The translations under genes were made by a program, and so were the position numbers. Shown here piece after piece: positions 18,617 to 27,827 of a stretch of DNA of 64,000 nucleotides (within the stretch, counting starts at the first letter, position 1; every line of letters starts with the position of its first letter). The DNA comes from a virus (Duplodnaviria > Caudoviricetes): IMG/VR virus record IMGVR_UViG_3300031857_000007; one strand, given 5' to 3'. Under the pieces are notes generated by a model. That model was not told the origin of the DNA. It ran no database searches and saw nothing but the letters and a program-made list of their open reading frames with translations.

Positions 18617-19136
18617 AATAATCTATAATTAAATGAACTCTATCAGATTTTCCGTCGTTTGAAACGGAATGTTCTTTGAGATTGTTAATCTCCCACATTT
18701 CACCTTCCAACATAACTTTAGATTCACCACCTACCAAAAATACAACATTTTCATTTGTTATAATTGGTATATGAATTCTATTGCAAAGTGAAAGTGATAT
18801 TGTGTCGTCAGTGTGCGGATAAATCTTTTTTCTTTTTTTAAGTTTTGTGAGAATAATTCTTACAATTCTACCTTCACCATAAAACTGCTCTAAAACTTTT
18901 TTTATGTCGTAGAAATAACTTTCAACGTCATATAGATCATAATACTCAGTTTTTTCACCAATAGTATTGTGCTGTAAAGATTTTAGATCCCATAATAAAG
19001 GTATTGTTTGAGTATCTTTATGTACGTCGTAAATTTTTTGACGCACACTATTCTCTCTCCAAGGATCTTGGCCGTTTTCAATAATTTTTTCTTTTATTTT
19101 GTCTACTTCAAAATTGCCAACAAATCTAAAATTCAT
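18591..19136 (-). CDS. Asp/Asn beta-hydroxylase-like 2OG-Fe(II) oxygenase
   Basis: PHTD, RIHIPI, HSVSN...RVHLIID. Confidence 0.8.
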   Translation of the reverse strand: MNFRFVGNFEVDKIKEKIIENGQDPWRENSVRQKIYDVHKDTQTIPLLWDLKSLQHNTIGEKTEYYDLYDVESYFYDIKKVLEQFYGEGRIVRIILTKLKKRKKIYPHTDDTISLSLCNRIHIPIITNENVVFLVGGESKVMLEGEMWEINNLKEHSVSNDGKSDRVHLIIDYYASKKFRD

Positions 19137-19145
19137 ATCTTATTT

Positions 19146-19646
19146 CTAAACGTAATTAAAATTAATAAGAATCCTAGCATTTTTATCTGAACAAGTAGTT
19201 CCAGAGTGCAAGCAATTTCCAGAAAACGTTAGTAATCGATTCTCAACACTTTCCACCTTATCTCCATTTTCAAAAACAGTAAATCCATTATTAGAATTTA
19301 TATAAAAAATAGAAACATTATGATCAAAGGAATTATCACAGTGAAATGGTTGAAGTTCTGCAAAATCAGTTCTTGGCAAAAGATTTGCCTTGATTCTTAT
19401 AAGATTTTTATGGGGTATTTTATCTAGTACTGGACTTAAAAATTGATACCAGGAACTTTTTACGTTGTTTTCTGCAAAAAAAGTATGTGTAAATTGATAT
19501 CTCTCACTTTCATCTGCAAACTTTGTTTCGGTAGGTGTGATTATACCGTCATTTAGATACCAGGGAAAATTTGCATTCAAAATGCTAGATTTTAAAAGAA
19601 AGAATTGTTGATAATCTAAGAAATTATCATAGATTTCAAATTTCAT
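19146..19646 (-). CDS. 2OG-Fe(II) oxygenase
   Basis: HCD, HSGTTC, RILINFNY. Confidence 0.8.
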   Translation of the reverse strand: MKFEIYDNFLDYQQFFLLKSSILNANFPWYLNDGIITPTETKFADESERYQFTHTFFAENNVKSSWYQFLSPVLDKIPHKNLIRIKANLLPRTDFAELQPFHCDNSFDHNVSIFYINSNNGFTVFENGDKVESVENRLLTFSGNCLHSGTTCSDKNARILINFNYV

Positions 19647-20206
19647 CTTTCTTTAAAATCAAAGATATAAAATGGTTGCTCTTCGCACAAGAATTCCATA
19701 TTAATTGAAACTCTAAGTTCTTTGCTGTTTACCATTAGAGGTCTATGTCTCAGATAGTTTGGAAAAATTAATAGATCAAAATTGCTTGGTTTATATTTAA
19801 ACGTCTTATTTTTTCCTAGATCAAACTCGATTTCTCCACCAGAACAATTCGGAACATTTAGATAATAAACAGAATTAATAGTAGATGTCTTCATATGATC
19901 ATGCCAAATTTCAGCATAATCACCACTATTGCTACAATATGCCCAACAAAAATCATTGTTTGTTGGTAGATATTTAAGATCACCAAACAATTCCACACAC
20001 GTTTCTCTAAACTTTTTTAAAAGATTTGCAAAAAAACAAGTGGGATCGTGAAACAATGGAAAACTATATCCAGTAAGATCAATAGAGGTTTTTTTACTAT
20101 TTGTATAAACAATATTGACTAGAGATTCTCTTTTACTATCATCAACTACTTCAAAATTTTTTATTAGAAGTATGGGATAATTTTTGAGTAATTTTTTATA
20201 TTTCAT
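19643..20206 (-). CDS. 2OG-Fe(II) oxygenase
   Basis: WHDH, NSVYYL, HRP, RVSINM; start refined to MKYKK. Confidence 0.75.
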   Translation of the reverse strand: MKYKKLLKNYPILLIKNFEVVDDSKRESLVNIVYTNSKKTSIDLTGYSFPLFHDPTCFFANLLKKFRETCVELFGDLKYLPTNNDFCWAYCSNSGDYAEIWHDHMKTSTINSVYYLNVPNCSGGEIEFDLGKNKTFKYKPSNFDLLIFPNYLRHRPLMVNSKELRVSINMEFLCEEQPFYIFDFKER

Positions 20207-20216
20207 GATTATTAAT

Positions 20217-20411
20217 TTACTTAACGATTTTCCAATGATCGTCTCCAGATTCTGGAATGCAGAAGAAATAACGTCCCGTAATAGAAGAAAGAAAAACTTT
20301 CCCGTCTTTTCTTTGTTCAACTTTACAAGAATGGAGCGAATCCATCATAGTTTCAAACCTAATTTTTGCATTAGGACTCTTGGGTTCAACACAAATAAAT
20401 TCAGTTTTCAA
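20217..20411 (-). CDS. hypothetical protein, similar to 4580-4795
   Basis: V.PKS..AK.R....M......VEQ...G..FL.S....YFF pattern shared with 4580-4795. Confidence 0.65.
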   Translation of the reverse strand: MKTEFICVEPKSPNAKIRFETMMDSLHSCKVEQRKDGKVFLSSITGRYFFCIPESGDDHWKIVK

Positions 20412-20434
20412 GAAAACCTCCAGTTGTACAGATC

Positions 20435-20490
20435 ATTATAAGGCAAAAATTGAATTTAAAATAAATGGTGTGCCAGTTTAAAAACTGTCC
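20435..20490 (-). promoter_or_regulatory. early-type promoter
   Basis: TATAAT 20435-20440; GTGCCAGTT-TAAA-AACTGTCC at 20470-20490. Confidence 0.7.
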
Positions 20491-21425
20491 TAGTTTTTAT
20501 TGACAATTAGAATTTCATTGTCTGTTGTTTGCTTCCTTAATTCTTTTTTGGAATTGAGAGTTCTATTCAAAGAAAATGTATGTTGTTCATAATCTTTATA
20601 AAGTTCCCTAATAAATTCGCAATTTGAATTTGATAGCATAAACTGCACATTTTTACTTTTCAAAGTATCGCAAAACTCTTTCAATTTCATTTGATCATTC
20701 AATGAAAATCCCTCAGAAGTATATGACGTAAAATCTGAAGTTGAAGAAAGAGGTGCGTATGGTGGATCAAAAAATACAAAATCACCCTCAACAGGATTAA
20801 TCATTTCATATGATTGAAATTTAATATCTGCAGACTCAAGAACTTCCGAGCAAGATTTTAGCAATCCATTATCAGAAATGTCCTTTTTAAGAGAAGTTCC
20901 AATAGGAACATTAAACAAGTTTTCAGAATTTACCCGATAAAGCGCATTGAAACAAGTTAGATTTAAGTATATAAACCTTGCAGCAAGTTCAACATGATTT
21001 AATTCTTCTTGTACATTAAATTTTTTTCTATACCGTTTTGGTGAAATTTCTTCTCGATCGTAGTTACGAACTGAATAGTAAAACTCTTTACTGTGCCGCG
21101 TATTCATTTGTGAAAGCAATTCAACAACCTCTTCATGGGAAGATACAATGCTATTGTAGACCGTAATCAACTCAGAATTAAAATCAGAAAGGTAATATTT
21201 TTTAGTATTACCGTACTTGGAATATAGGTGATAGAACATAGCTCCACCACCCAAAAATGGTTCATAATAATTATTAAATTCTACTGGAATTAGTGGATCA
21301 TACTTGTCCAAGAGAGATCGCTTTCCACCAACCCACTGGATAAATGGAGAAGCAACATTTACTTGTGATTTTGTTTTTGGATTTTTAACAATTGGAAACT
21401 CGGTAACAAAATTAGTAAATGTCAT
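20490..21425 (-). CDS. dam: Dam/DpnIIA-like N6-adenine DNA methyltransferase
   Basis: WVGGK, EPFLGGG, FNALYRVN...FNVP, DPPY, FMLSNS. Confidence 0.88.
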   Translation of the reverse strand: MTFTNFVTEFPIVKNPKTKSQVNVASPFIQWVGGKRSLLDKYDPLIPVEFNNYYEPFLGGGAMFYHLYSKYGNTKKYYLSDFNSELITVYNSIVSSHEEVVELLSQMNTRHSKEFYYSVRNYDREEISPKRYRKKFNVQEELNHVELAARFIYLNLTCFNALYRVNSENLFNVPIGTSLKKDISDNGLLKSCSEVLESADIKFQSYEMINPVEGDFVFFDPPYAPLSSTSDFTSYTSEGFSLNDQMKLKEFCDTLKSKNVQFMLSNSNCEFIRELYKDYEQHTFSLNRTLNSKKELRKQTTDNEILIVNKN

Positions 21426-22402
21426 TTGATAAGAACGTGAAGGTACTCTAAGACTTTTGCTTGTTGTGGATTATTTGTATTGGACTTATATCGTTTATGT
21501 TCTTTGGTTTTCAGTTGGTATTGTCCATATTTTGACATAATATTCTCCATTTGCTCCATGGTTAAGATACCTTCATTGTTATAAGAAACGAAAATATATT
21601 TAAAGTTAGAATCGCGAATCAGTTGGTCAAAAGATTCCAAAACAGATCTCTTTGAGGAATAATCTGATTTATTATAATCACCAAGTCCAGTTTTAGAATC
21701 CTCTTTAAATTGAAAATTATCATAGTCAACCAAATAATTAAGAATATGATAATTTGCTCCATACTGACGTGTATTATATGGAGGATCGAGATAAAGAATG
21801 TCTCCACTAATTGTCTCAATCAACTTATTCGCGTCATTTCGATAAGCGATACCACGATTTCCTGGTGCTGGTTGAGCAGGAACTAAGACTAGATTTTTAG
21901 CAGACCTTCCATTAAATTGTTTCAAAAAAGCACCATAAACTCCTGTCGTATTAGCATACGAGTCAACAGTCTCGATCAAAGAAGCAAGAAGAAAATAGTA
22001 TTGATCTAAATTAATCTGATTTTCATTCAATAACCTTTGAATTTCTTGTCGAATTGCGTCAATTCTTTTAGCATTATGTTCTGTAAAGAAATTACGATTT
22101 CCTGCAGGAGAAAAGTTTTTATAAAATTTACCCTCAACGCTGGGAATATTATTCAAATATCGAATGAAATCTGAACAATCGATTGTTGATAGATTACCAA
22201 TGTAATTAGAACAGAGAACATAGCTATACTGCTCAAGGTCATTAGAAGACACTTGCTGTACGTACTGTTTAAAGTATTTGGACACAGATCCAGATCCAGC
22301 AAACAAATCACAAAATTGCATACCAGAAATATCACCACAGACACTCTGAACTTCACTGTGAATAAAATCTAAAAGTTTAGTTTTATTGCCAATATATCTC
22401 AT
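21422..22402 (-). CDS. NlaIII/FokI-N-like N6-adenine DNA methyltransferase (CATG specificity predicted)
   Basis: MRYIGNK, CDLFAGSG, ANTTGVYGAFLK, ISGDILYLDPPYNTRQYGANYH, SYNNEG. Confidence 0.85.
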   Translation of the reverse strand: MRYIGNKTKLLDFIHSEVQSVCGDISGMQFCDLFAGSGSVSKYFKQYVQQVSSNDLEQYSYVLCSNYIGNLSTIDCSDFIRYLNNIPSVEGKFYKNFSPAGNRNFFTEHNAKRIDAIRQEIQRLLNENQINLDQYYFLLASLIETVDSYANTTGVYGAFLKQFNGRSAKNLVLVPAQPAPGNRGIAYRNDANKLIETISGDILYLDPPYNTRQYGANYHILNYLVDYDNFQFKEDSKTGLGDYNKSDYSSKRSVLESFDQLIRDSNFKYIFVSYNNEGILTMEQMENIMSKYGQYQLKTKEHKRYKSNTNNPQQAKVLEYLHVLIK

Positions 22403-23748
22403 TTGATTACCTCTGCATTTACATTATAATTGATTTGGAAGTCTTCTGTCAAATTAAAGATAACTTCAGGTTCATTATTGTATTTTCCATAAGTGCAAAG
22501 ATACTTTTCCGATTTAACTCCAGAAGGGAGGTGAGGAAGAATCTCTCGGTCGATAAACTTAGAGAACTCAACGTCTTTGACTTGTTTGATACCTTTCTTG
22601 TAGTTTTTAGATTGCTCTGCCTCAATCACATAAAGAAGATTTTGTGACTTGTTGTAGAGAACAAGATCAGGAAGACCTTTAGATTTCTTGGTCTTGTAAT
22701 ACTCACCATTGGCACTTACATAGGATTTTCCACACCCAGCATGATTTGTAAAGAGAACTTCCCATCCCAGATTAACGTAGTAATTCTCCATCACAATCGA
22801 AGCAATCTTCTCCCCACGATTTGAATACTGCCAGTAATCTTTATCATAGATTCCAGGTTGCTTTTCAATTACAAGGTTATTCCCATCGGGAAAAACAATA
22901 GTAACTCCAACAATCTTAAGAACGTTAACTAGTTTGTTGTTTTTACGCTCAAAATATTCACGAGGGCGGTTATGGTTGATAATCTGAATTTCTTCGTCTG
23001 TACTCAGTAGACGACAAAGATAAGCACGACTTGCAATATATCCCTCACCAGGATCGTTGTTACCTTTGTTTTTGAAGAGATTTGCCTGAATCTGAATCAC
23101 ATTATCACCACAGAAAACCCTAGAAGGAATAAATCCAGACTTAGATTTCTTAAGTCCCTCTTGAGCGCAAACATCTACAACTGAAGAAAACTCAATTGGA
23201 TTCTCATATTTCTGATATCCAAGTTCTCCGATCTTAGAGATCAAAATATCAGCACCAAAGTAACTCATAGTAGCAAAATCACAATTATGTGAGTGACCAA
23301 AAGACTTCTGAGTTTCTTCAATAGGGAGAGAATTTGCAATCAAATATGCAAAAGGAATATTTCCCCACTTCTCAATAATAGCAATCTTCTTAGACGCTCT
23401 TTGAGAATTCATATTTCCAGATTCTTTTCCATTACACTTTGTTGCTTCTGCTACTGCAATGGGAATACTATTTTCTGTGGGAGGTTCTGAACGTTCATAT
23501 ACAAGAAAATCTACAAAACCATTGCCAGAACGAGAAACCAATCCATAATAAAATTCAGAATACTGAGAACTGCGAATACCTGAAATCTTGAAGAAGATTT
23601 TACCGTCAATAGTTGTTAGATCGTACTTAATCTGATCAAATTCAACGTTACTATTACATACCCAATGAATAAGATTAGGAATGTCTGAGGAGATCTGTTC
23701 TTCTCCGAGTACCCAAAGAGTCTTCATAATGCGTTTGAACCTGCACAA
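22399..23748 (-). CDS. putative type II restriction endonuclease
   Basis: Coupled to two MTases; VD...EATK...ESGN..QR and PD...IEAE nuclease-like motifs. Confidence 0.6.
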   Translation of the reverse strand: MCRFKRIMKTLWVLGEEQISSDIPNLIHWVCNSNVEFDQIKYDLTTIDGKIFFKISGIRSSQYSEFYYGLVSRSGNGFVDFLVYERSEPPTENSIPIAVAEATKCNGKESGNMNSQRASKKIAIIEKWGNIPFAYLIANSLPIEETQKSFGHSHNCDFATMSYFGADILISKIGELGYQKYENPIEFSSVVDVCAQEGLKKSKSGFIPSRVFCGDNVIQIQANLFKNKGNNDPGEGYIASRAYLCRLLSTDEEIQIINHNRPREYFERKNNKLVNVLKIVGVTIVFPDGNNLVIEKQPGIYDKDYWQYSNRGEKIASIVMENYYVNLGWEVLFTNHAGCGKSYVSANGEYYKTKKSKGLPDLVLYNKSQNLLYVIEAEQSKNYKKGIKQVKDVEFSKFIDREILPHLPSGVKSEKYLCTYGKYNNEPEVIFNLTEDFQINYNVNAEVIK

Positions 23749-23756
23749 AGGTTATT

Positions 23757-24185
23757 TTACTTAGTATGGAGAGTGTTGTCAAGATATTGTTGCAATAAAA
23801 TTATTTCCATGTTCTTTGCCTCTATTTCCCATGGTTGATTTTCATAAGAAACTTCGGTATAATCAATATTCTTCCAAAGACGTTTATTTCCCTTTTCTTT
23901 CATAGAACCTTTTACCCATTGATACACATGCCAAAGTTCGTGTAATAAAGTGGAAATATAGTCTTCTTCCTCCAAGTGACTTTGGATTTCGATCAAGAAT
24001 GATCGTGGGTTATAATATGGACTATCAATGCTTGCAAATCCATAAACACCCTCTCTTTTTAATCCCCTGTGGTTGATAAACAAATCAATTTTGTGTCTTG
24101 GTAAATAGTGTTTAATAAACCAAGTAATTACATTTTCACAAAGTTTTTTTCTGTATCCATAACCAGATAATTCAAAACATAACAT
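23757..24185 (-). CDS. SprT-like/HExxH zinc metalloprotease-like protein
   Basis: TLLHELWHVYQW and PWEIEA. Confidence 0.65.
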   Translation of the reverse strand: MLCFELSGYGYRKKLCENVITWFIKHYLPRHKIDLFINHRGLKREGVYGFASIDSPYYNPRSFLIEIQSHLEEEDYISTLLHELWHVYQWVKGSMKEKGNKRLWKNIDYTEVSYENQPWEIEAKNMEIILLQQYLDNTLHTK

Positions 24186-24302
24186 GGTTAATAACAAGTT
24201 CAGTTAATTTTGTTGCCCAATGAAAAAACCAAATAATAGATCCTAAAAATAGGATCCTATCAAAAGTGCTGAACAATTACATGCCTGTTGCGAACTGTCC
24301 AA

Positions 24303-24360
24303 ATTTTAGACCACAATAAACAATTTTTGTCAAGAAGTGGTCAGTTTAAAAAGTGTCCAC
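24303..24360 (-). promoter_or_regulatory. early-type promoter upstream of the R-M-like cassette
   Basis: TTGACA 24328-24333, TAAAAT 24303-24308 (long 19-nt spacer), motif GTCAGTT-TAAA-AAGTGTCCAC. Confidence 0.5.
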
Positions 24361-24375
24361 TTCACCCAAAATAAA

Positions 24376-24951
24376 ATGAATAGAGAATTTGAAAAGAATG
24401 GATTGTTATACGTAAAGGACATATTTACTAGATCCGAAATTGCATCAATTAAAAAAGGTGCATATAAAAATAATATAAATTTGTATCAACCGGAATATGA
24501 TAAAACAAGAGGAAACGTTATCATGTTTTACTCTCCAAAGTATGCAGTTTTTGCCGTAAAAAAAGCAAAAGTAGTTATTGAAGAATTGCTTGGAGAAGAA
24601 ATAGTTCCCACTTATTGGTTCATGACAGCATATCCAAATAAATCATATTTAAAATATCATATTGATAGACCTTCTTGTGAGATATCTCTTTCGGTTACAA
24701 TAGATAGTCCTACAAAATGGCCACTTCAAATCTTAGATTCTAGTGGAAAGAAACAAAAATTTTATATTGACACGGGTTCTGCTCTTTTATATAAGGGCAT
24801 AGATCTTCCACATTGGAGATCACCTTTAAACTGCAGTAAAAACGAAAATCATATTCAATTATTTCTCCATTATGTTAGAAAAAATGGAAAATATAAAGAA
24901 TATGCTTATGATAAAGATATTGATTGTTTTAATTTATTAAACTGTGATTAA
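24376..24951 (+). CDS. 2OG-Fe(II) oxygenase
   Basis: YHIDRPSCEISLS, PHWR, QLFLHYV; start refined to MNREFEK. Confidence 0.8.
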   Translation: MNREFEKNGLLYVKDIFTRSEIASIKKGAYKNNINLYQPEYDKTRGNVIMFYSPKYAVFAVKKAKVVIEELLGEEIVPTYWFMTAYPNKSYLKYHIDRPSCEISLSVTIDSPTKWPLQILDSSGKKQKFYIDTGSALLYKGIDLPHWRSPLNCSKNENHIQLFLHYVRKNGKYKEYAYDKDIDCFNLLNCD

Positions 24952-26765
24952 GTATATCTAATCATTACTATTCCAGAACCTCCAGATCCTCCTCCAGTAG
25001 AGAAGAATGAACCTCCTTGCCAACCATTACCAGACCCTCCACCCCCTGCTCCGCGATTAGCTGTACCACTTCCAACTGGAGTTGCTCTAGTCCCTCCCCT
25101 TCCACCAATACCAGATCCTCCTGGCCCTGAAGGTGCAAATGGTTGCGTATAGTCATTATATTGTCCTCCTCCACCGCCAGCGGCATAAACTGTGCTTGTT
25201 CCATTAAAACTACTAGTTGTTCCAGTTCCACCTGTTCCGGCAGATCCAAATGCAGAGTATTTACTGCCACCAGCTCCTCCAGCACCTCCACCACCTCCAC
25301 CACCAGAGTATCCAAGTTGTCTTCCTTGTCCACCATTATTTCCTTGTGATGGCGCAGTTGCGGGAGAGTTTCCAGGACCGATAGATCCACCTTCTCCGCT
25401 AGTTCCTCCACCAGATCCGCCTGGGTTTCCCGGGAATGCCGAAGAAGGATAAGAAGTTCCACCACCACCTCCTCCAGCAGCAGTTATTGTACTAAAAGAA
25501 CTTGCATTTCCATTAGGACCTTTCGCTCCATATGAGGTTCCACCACCACCTCCACCACCAACAGTTACTGTATAAGATCCGGCAGGTATTGTTATAGAAC
25601 CAGTTCTATAACCTCCAGCTCCTCCTCCACCCCCAGATCCCATACCACCACCAGCACCTCCACCAATTACCAAATATTCTGCAGTAATTGTGGAATTTGC
25701 GGTAAATGTGTTTGTAGAGGTAAATGTATGGATCGTATAACCACTGGCTGTTGTTACAGTTCCTCCTGTGGCATTTGCATAAGATAAGATTACGATACCA
25801 GACCCACCATTTCCATTACCAGATCCTCCACCACCACCTCCTCCAGTGTTTGCTGTTCCGCTTGCTCCACCAGCACCAACTCCACCATTACCACCACCAT
25901 CTCTACCAACTCCTGCAGGCGCAAATGGTTGTGAAGGATTTCTATATTGTCCACCACCTCCACCACCGGCATAAGTTGATCCATTTATTGAAGCTGTTCT
26001 TCCAAATCCACCAGGACCAGCAGATCCAAACGCGGAGTATTTACTACTTCCCGCACCATTAGCTCCGCCGCCTCCTCCACCACCAGGATAGGATGGACCT
26101 CCGTGCGCCCCACTTCCACCATTATTCCCCTGTGAAGGTGAAGTTGCCGGAGTATTTCCTGCTCCCCCACTTCCTCCAAAAAATCCAATATAGTTTGCAG
26201 AGAATCCACCTCCACCTCCAGATCCTCCTGCTACTCCCGGAATTGTGGAAGGACTTCCTTGATATCCTCTACCACCACCTCCACCGCCTGCAGAAGTAAT
26301 AGTACTAAAAACGCTATTATTGCCATTACCTCTATCTCCTCCCCCACCACCAACAGTTGCTGTATAAGTTCCAGCAGCAAAGTTTGTAAAGGTTCCTTCT
26401 CTAAACCCTCCGGCACCTCCACCACCACCATAAACAGAACCTCCTCCTCCGCCACCAGCTACAACAAGATAATTTAAACTTGGAATTGTTCCAATAGCTT
26501 GAAAATTTCCAGTAGTTGTAAAAGTGTGTCTTGTTGATCCTCCAGATGGGCTAGTAGATTCTGTTCCTCCCGTAGTAAGTTTTAGAGTTGCTCCATAAAA
26601 ATTTGAAAATGCAATGGTACCACTTGTTGGAATAGGGTTATTTGCAGGACTAGGGAGAACTTTAGCCCCTCCCCTATAGAACTCGTCCATCTGGTGTGGG
26701 GCCCCATCTAGAAATTCTTGGGCAATTTGTAGTAGGCTTATTTGTCCAGAACTAGGAAGTGGCAT
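24948..26765 (-). CDS. glycine-rich protein with two tandem polyglycine domains (putative adhesin/fibre)
   Basis: Repeated YLV.GGG.GGG...GGGGAGG and GGSGIV.I.Y; ATAAATA upstream. Confidence 0.8.
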   Translation of the reverse strand: MPLPSSGQISLLQIAQEFLDGAPHQMDEFYRGGAKVLPSPANNPIPTSGTIAFSNFYGATLKLTTGGTESTSPSGGSTRHTFTTTGNFQAIGTIPSLNYLVVAGGGGGGSVYGGGGGAGGFREGTFTNFAAGTYTATVGGGGGDRGNGNNSVFSTITSAGGGGGGRGYQGSPSTIPGVAGGSGGGGGFSANYIGFFGGSGGAGNTPATSPSQGNNGGSGAHGGPSYPGGGGGGGANGAGSSKYSAFGSAGPGGFGRTASINGSTYAGGGGGGQYRNPSQPFAPAGVGRDGGGNGGVGAGGASGTANTGGGGGGGSGNGNGGSGIVILSYANATGGTVTTASGYTIHTFTSTNTFTANSTITAEYLVIGGGAGGGMGSGGGGGAGGYRTGSITIPAGSYTVTVGGGGGGGTSYGAKGPNGNASSFSTITAAGGGGGGTSYPSSAFPGNPGGSGGGTSGEGGSIGPGNSPATAPSQGNNGGQGRQLGYSGGGGGGGAGGAGGSKYSAFGSAGTGGTGTTSSFNGTSTVYAAGGGGGQYNDYTQPFAPSGPGGSGIGGRGGTRATPVGSGTANRGAGGGGSGNGWQGGSFFSTGGGSGGSGIVMIRYT

Positions 26766-26793
26766 ACTATCAGATTATTTCTCTATTATTTTA

Positions 26794-26800
26794 TATTTAT
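26794..26800 (-). promoter_or_regulatory. T4-like late promoter ATAAATA
   Basis: 29 nt upstream of the glycine-rich gene start. Confidence 0.55.
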
Positions 26801-27399
26801 TTCCATCTAGGTCCAACAACCCACCCTACAATCGATTTTCTGCATCCAGATTTTACTTTTCTTACTCTATGTTTAGCTCTGCTATCAAAAATAATTATAG
26901 TTCCTCTAGATTTTGGTGCAGTATAAAGTTGGTTATTGTCATCTAAAAACTGCATTTCGCCACCTTCATATTCATCTTCTCCAGATAGCTGTAAACTAAC
27001 TGACAATTTTCTAATACGTTCTGACTTTAATTTTATAAAATCTTCTTCTTTATTTTTTGTGGGGTGATAAAAATTTGGAAGGGACATATCAGTGTGCCAA
27101 GTATAATGACTATCTTTATTATAAATGCTGTATTGGATAGTGTCTCCTTCAAAACCCTCAATATCATAGAAAAAGTTTTCGTTATTTGCTTTCAGAATAT
27201 ATGAATGCAAAAGTCCAGAAAACCAACAATTTGCTCCAATCCAACCAATTTTAGATTTTCTTGTTTTATATGAAATTCTAAAATTATCTACTTGACCTAC
27301 TTGACCATCTTCTGTTGGAACATATTCTAGTTCTTTCTCGAAGATGTCAATAATTTCTTCTGGCATTTTGGTTTCATACCAAACACTTTGAAATGACAT
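26797..27399 (-). CDS. PKHD-type/prolyl hydroxylase-like 2OG-Fe(II) oxygenase
   Basis: WHTD, RKLSVSLQLS, YEGGEM, HRVRKVKSG.RKSIVGW. Confidence 0.85.
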   Translation of the reverse strand: MSFQSVWYETKMPEEIIDIFEKELEYVPTEDGQVGQVDNFRISYKTRKSKIGWIGANCWFSGLLHSYILKANNENFFYDIEGFEGDTIQYSIYNKDSHYTWHTDMSLPNFYHPTKNKEEDFIKLKSERIRKLSVSLQLSGEDEYEGGEMQFLDDNNQLYTAPKSRGTIIIFDSRAKHRVRKVKSGCRKSIVGWVVGPRWK

Positions 27400-27440
27400 A
27401 AAATAATAATCCTATTGCATACTAGATATATATTTACTTT

Positions 27441-27809
27441 TTATTCGACAAGATTTTTCCATTTTAGTTCAGACTCAACCCAAACGTAAAATGTTCCAGC
27501 AATAATTGGTTTAGGCACTGGAGGATCCCATTCCATAGTTTCTTCATTTAAAGACCAACTTGGGAATGGTTGTTCTCCTATAAAGCAATCTTTATCCTCT
27601 CTATAGGTATCACCTATACAAGCATATTTTTTTCTAAAATTATTATTATAAGAAGTCTGCTTCCAATTTCTATGACCGAATAGATCTTCTAAAAAGTTAA
27701 CCCCAAGTTCTTCAACTTCTTCACCATTTTCATTTATCAAATTCTCGTTACCGACAACAATAACTTGCTTTACTGTATTATTTTCATCAAGTTCAGCAAA
27801 GTGTGCCAT
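27441..27809 (-). CDS. MAHFAELD family protein, paralog 1
   Basis: Strongly similar to 28464-28841. Confidence 0.75.
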   Translation of the reverse strand: MAHFAELDENNTVKQVIVVGNENLINENGEEVEELGVNFLEDLFGHRNWKQTSYNNNFRKKYACIGDTYREDKDCFIGEQPFPSWSLNEETMEWDPPVPKPIIAGTFYVWVESELKWKNLVE

Positions 27810-27827
27810 TTTTACCTCCTTAAGAAT

